A stretch of DNA of 64,000 bases from Nitrospirota bacterium (GTDB lineage Bacteria > Nitrospirota > Nitrospiria > Nitrospirales > NS-4). A model generated the notes under the pieces. It made no database searches, was not told the origin of the DNA, and was given only the letters and a program-made list of their open reading frames with translations. Shown here piece by piece: positions 62,314 through 64,000 of this stretch (the stretch's first letter is position 1; each line of letters opens with the position of its first letter). Made by a program: the position numbers and the translations under genes. The DNA lies in the NCBI GenBank assembly GCA_963788195.1, contig CAWBGA010000001.1:256001-320000 (forward strand), given 5' to 3'.

Positions 62314-63126
62314 ATGCCTCTCATAAAAACACAGGGGATCGTCCTGAAGAGCCGCAAGTGGGGCGAGGCCGACCGGATCGTCAGCTTCTTTACCCTGAAA
62401 CACGGCAAGGTTCGAGGCATCGCGCGCGGGGCACGGCGAATGAAGAGTCGGTTCGGGAGCGCCCTCGAGCCGTTTGTCCATTGCGATCTCAATCTATTCG
62501 AGAAGCACGGCGACTCGCTGTATCGCATCTCGCAAGCCGACATCCGGCAATCGTTCCATACGCTCCGCGATTCGCTGGAGGCGATTTCGGCCGCGGCAAG
62601 GCTCGCCAACCTTGCCGGCGCCATCACCGCGGATGGTGATGCCGTACCCCGAATCTTTCATGCCCTGTTAAAGGGATTTCACGCCGTCACCGAGAGCACA
62701 GACCCAAGCCATACGGCCGCGTTGTATGAGGTTGAGATCCTGCGCTTTGCCGGGTATCTGCCGCACATAGATCGCTGCACGAATTGCCGGTCGCGTGAGA
62801 GCGGAGGCGCGTGGTTTTTTTCTCCACGATGGGGAGGGACCCTATGCGCCGCTTGCGGGCGACGGGAACCCATGCCCTGTCCTGTGGTATCGCCGCCATG
62901 CCTGGCGTTCTTCCGTCAAGCGCTCAAAATGGACCCGGCACTGTTGCCTCGACTCAAGCCTGGGCCATCGGTTCGCCAGGAACTTCGGGAAGTGATCGAG
63001 CTCTATGTGGAGTGCGTCGCCGGACGCCGGCTTGCCCGAACCTATAACCTGCTGGCTGCGGAGACGCCGGCACCGTATCGTTCCTCCCGCCTGTCCGTCG
63101 CGCAGGCATCGAGCCATCGCATATAG
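62314..63126 (+). CDS. recO: DNA repair protein RecO
   Basis: GIVLK...GEADRIV, HGKVRGIARGAR, LEPF, CxxC...CxxC. Confidence 0.93.
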   Translation: MPLIKTQGIVLKSRKWGEADRIVSFFTLKHGKVRGIARGARRMKSRFGSALEPFVHCDLNLFEKHGDSLYRISQADIRQSFHTLRDSLEAISAAARLANLAGAITADGDAVPRIFHALLKGFHAVTESTDPSHTAALYEVEILRFAGYLPHIDRCTNCRSRESGGAWFFSPRWGGTLCAACGRREPMPCPVVSPPCLAFFRQALKMDPALLPRLKPGPSVRQELREVIELYVECVAGRRLARTYNLLAAETPAPYRSSRLSVAQASSHRI

Positions 63127-63137
63127 TTCCTGGTATC

Positions 63138-63380
63138 ATGAAAGAGACCATGGCATCGGATATTGGCCCAGGTGGAGTCATCGCGCGGTTTACCGGCAAG
63201 GTCTTCGTTGCGCTCGGATTCGTTCTTGGTACCTATGGGCTGAGCGAGGGGCACCCAGTTGTGATGCAGGCCGGGCTGGGACTGCTGGTGGCCGGTGTCC
63301 TCGCTTCGGCGTATGGACTGTACCACTGGGTGACGAGGCGCGGGGTCGTCAACGATCCCCCGGACTCAGGCAAGCCGTGA
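63138..63380 (+). CDS. Small two-TM hypothetical protein
   Basis: 80-aa ORF with two hydrophobic segments, filling the gap and overlapping the next start (GTGA). Confidence 0.55.
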   Translation: MKETMASDIGPGGVIARFTGKVFVALGFVLGTYGLSEGHPVVMQAGLGLLVAGVLASAYGLYHWVTRRGVVNDPPDSGKP

Positions 63381-63707
63381 GTGACGTACAGCCGAAGGAC
63401 ATGGACTGGATTGAAAACGGCGTGCTCGGCATTGAATGGAGCGACGGGCATAAAGGCGTTTATCCTGTGCAGGTACCTGCGCCAGCATTGTCCGTGTGCC
63501 GCCTGTACCGATGAATGGACGGGGGAGCTTCGCATTAAACCGACAGGCATCCCAATGCTGATCGCCGTTCAGGACATCGAAGCGGTCGGGCGGTACGGCC
63601 TGCGTTTTCGCTGGAGTGATGGGCATGACACCGGGATTTATTCCTTCGATATTTTGCGGCACAAATTCTGCCGTTGCCCCATGTGTAAAGCGAAGGAAAA
63701 GAGGTAG
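63377..63707 (+). CDS. DUF971/GBBH-like N-terminal domain protein, apparent frameshift ~63470
   Basis: IEWSDGH, YLRQHCPCAAC, VGRYGL, WSDGHDTGIYSF. Confidence 0.85.
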
Positions 63708-63734
63708 TCTCGGGTGCTCAAGAACACTATTCGC

Positions 63735-64000
63735 ATGTATTCCTCTTACGGAAGGCTCATTCGATCCCTAGCGGTCTTCTTTGTCGTTGCAACGCAGGCG
63801 TCTCTGAATGCCGCCTCTGTGGAGGAGTTGATTGAGCGGGGTGACGCGTTACTTTTAGTAGAGGAGAGGTTTCCGCAGTCCTTTGAGGAAGCCTTAGCTT
63901 TGTACCGCGAGGCTTCGGGGCTCCAACCCAGGCCCGCACTAGCCTATCGGCGAATGGCTAGTGCCTGCCTCGCACTGGGAGACGGGACGAAGGATAAAGA
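63735..64000 (+). CDS. Exported TPR-like protein, 3'-truncated by the window edge
   Basis: Open frame MYSSYGRLIRSLAVFFVVATQASLNA...EALALYREASGLQP...AYRRMASAC runs to the window end. Confidence 0.55.
   Translation, partial: MYSSYGRLIRSLAVFFVVATQASLNAASVEELIERGDALLLVEERFPQSFEEALALYREASGLQPRPALAYRRMASACLALGDGTKDK

Overview
GC-rich bacterial chromosome segment. The gene orders gatC-panD-gatA-DUF948-gatB, PIN/TRAM-ispD-ispF-cysE and era-mgtE-recO suggest Nitrospirota (inference, not searched). The sequence has many single-base indels, including in housekeeping genes (ispD, truA, gatB), which points to unpolished long-read error rather than pseudogenisation. 1-27.9 kb is a surface-polysaccharide/O-antigen cluster: two AsnB-type amidotransferases, Bordetella WbmG/H- and WbmF-like SDRs, SGNH proteins, methyltransferases, several GTs, WecA, WaaL-like, CapD/PglF, kdsC, kdsD, manC, algC. 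27.9-38.6 kb is housekeeping: DUF3108, fbp, an internally deleted class I aldolase, degP, PIN-TRAM, ispD, ispF, cysE, truA, amiC, NYN/YacP, tatD. 38.7-45.5 kb is an accessory block with a metal-uptake operon, a BON protein, a methyltransferase, nested REPs and a cupin. 45.5-64 kb is core: metG, holB, tmk, glmU, glmS, gatCAB, panD, eno, ftsB, era, mgtE, recO. Best candidates for something new: (1) a His-rich, signal-peptide-bearing leader ORF that ends in a cryptic RGPP ribosome-arrest motif followed by an anti-Shine-Dalgarno, directly upstream of a porin + ZnuABC-like operon; (2) a ~45-nt repeat family built as four G-tracts around a covarying hairpin (predicted quadruplex-duplex hybrid), which nests into its own loop and has invaded era. 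All family calls come from motif recognition only; no searches were run.
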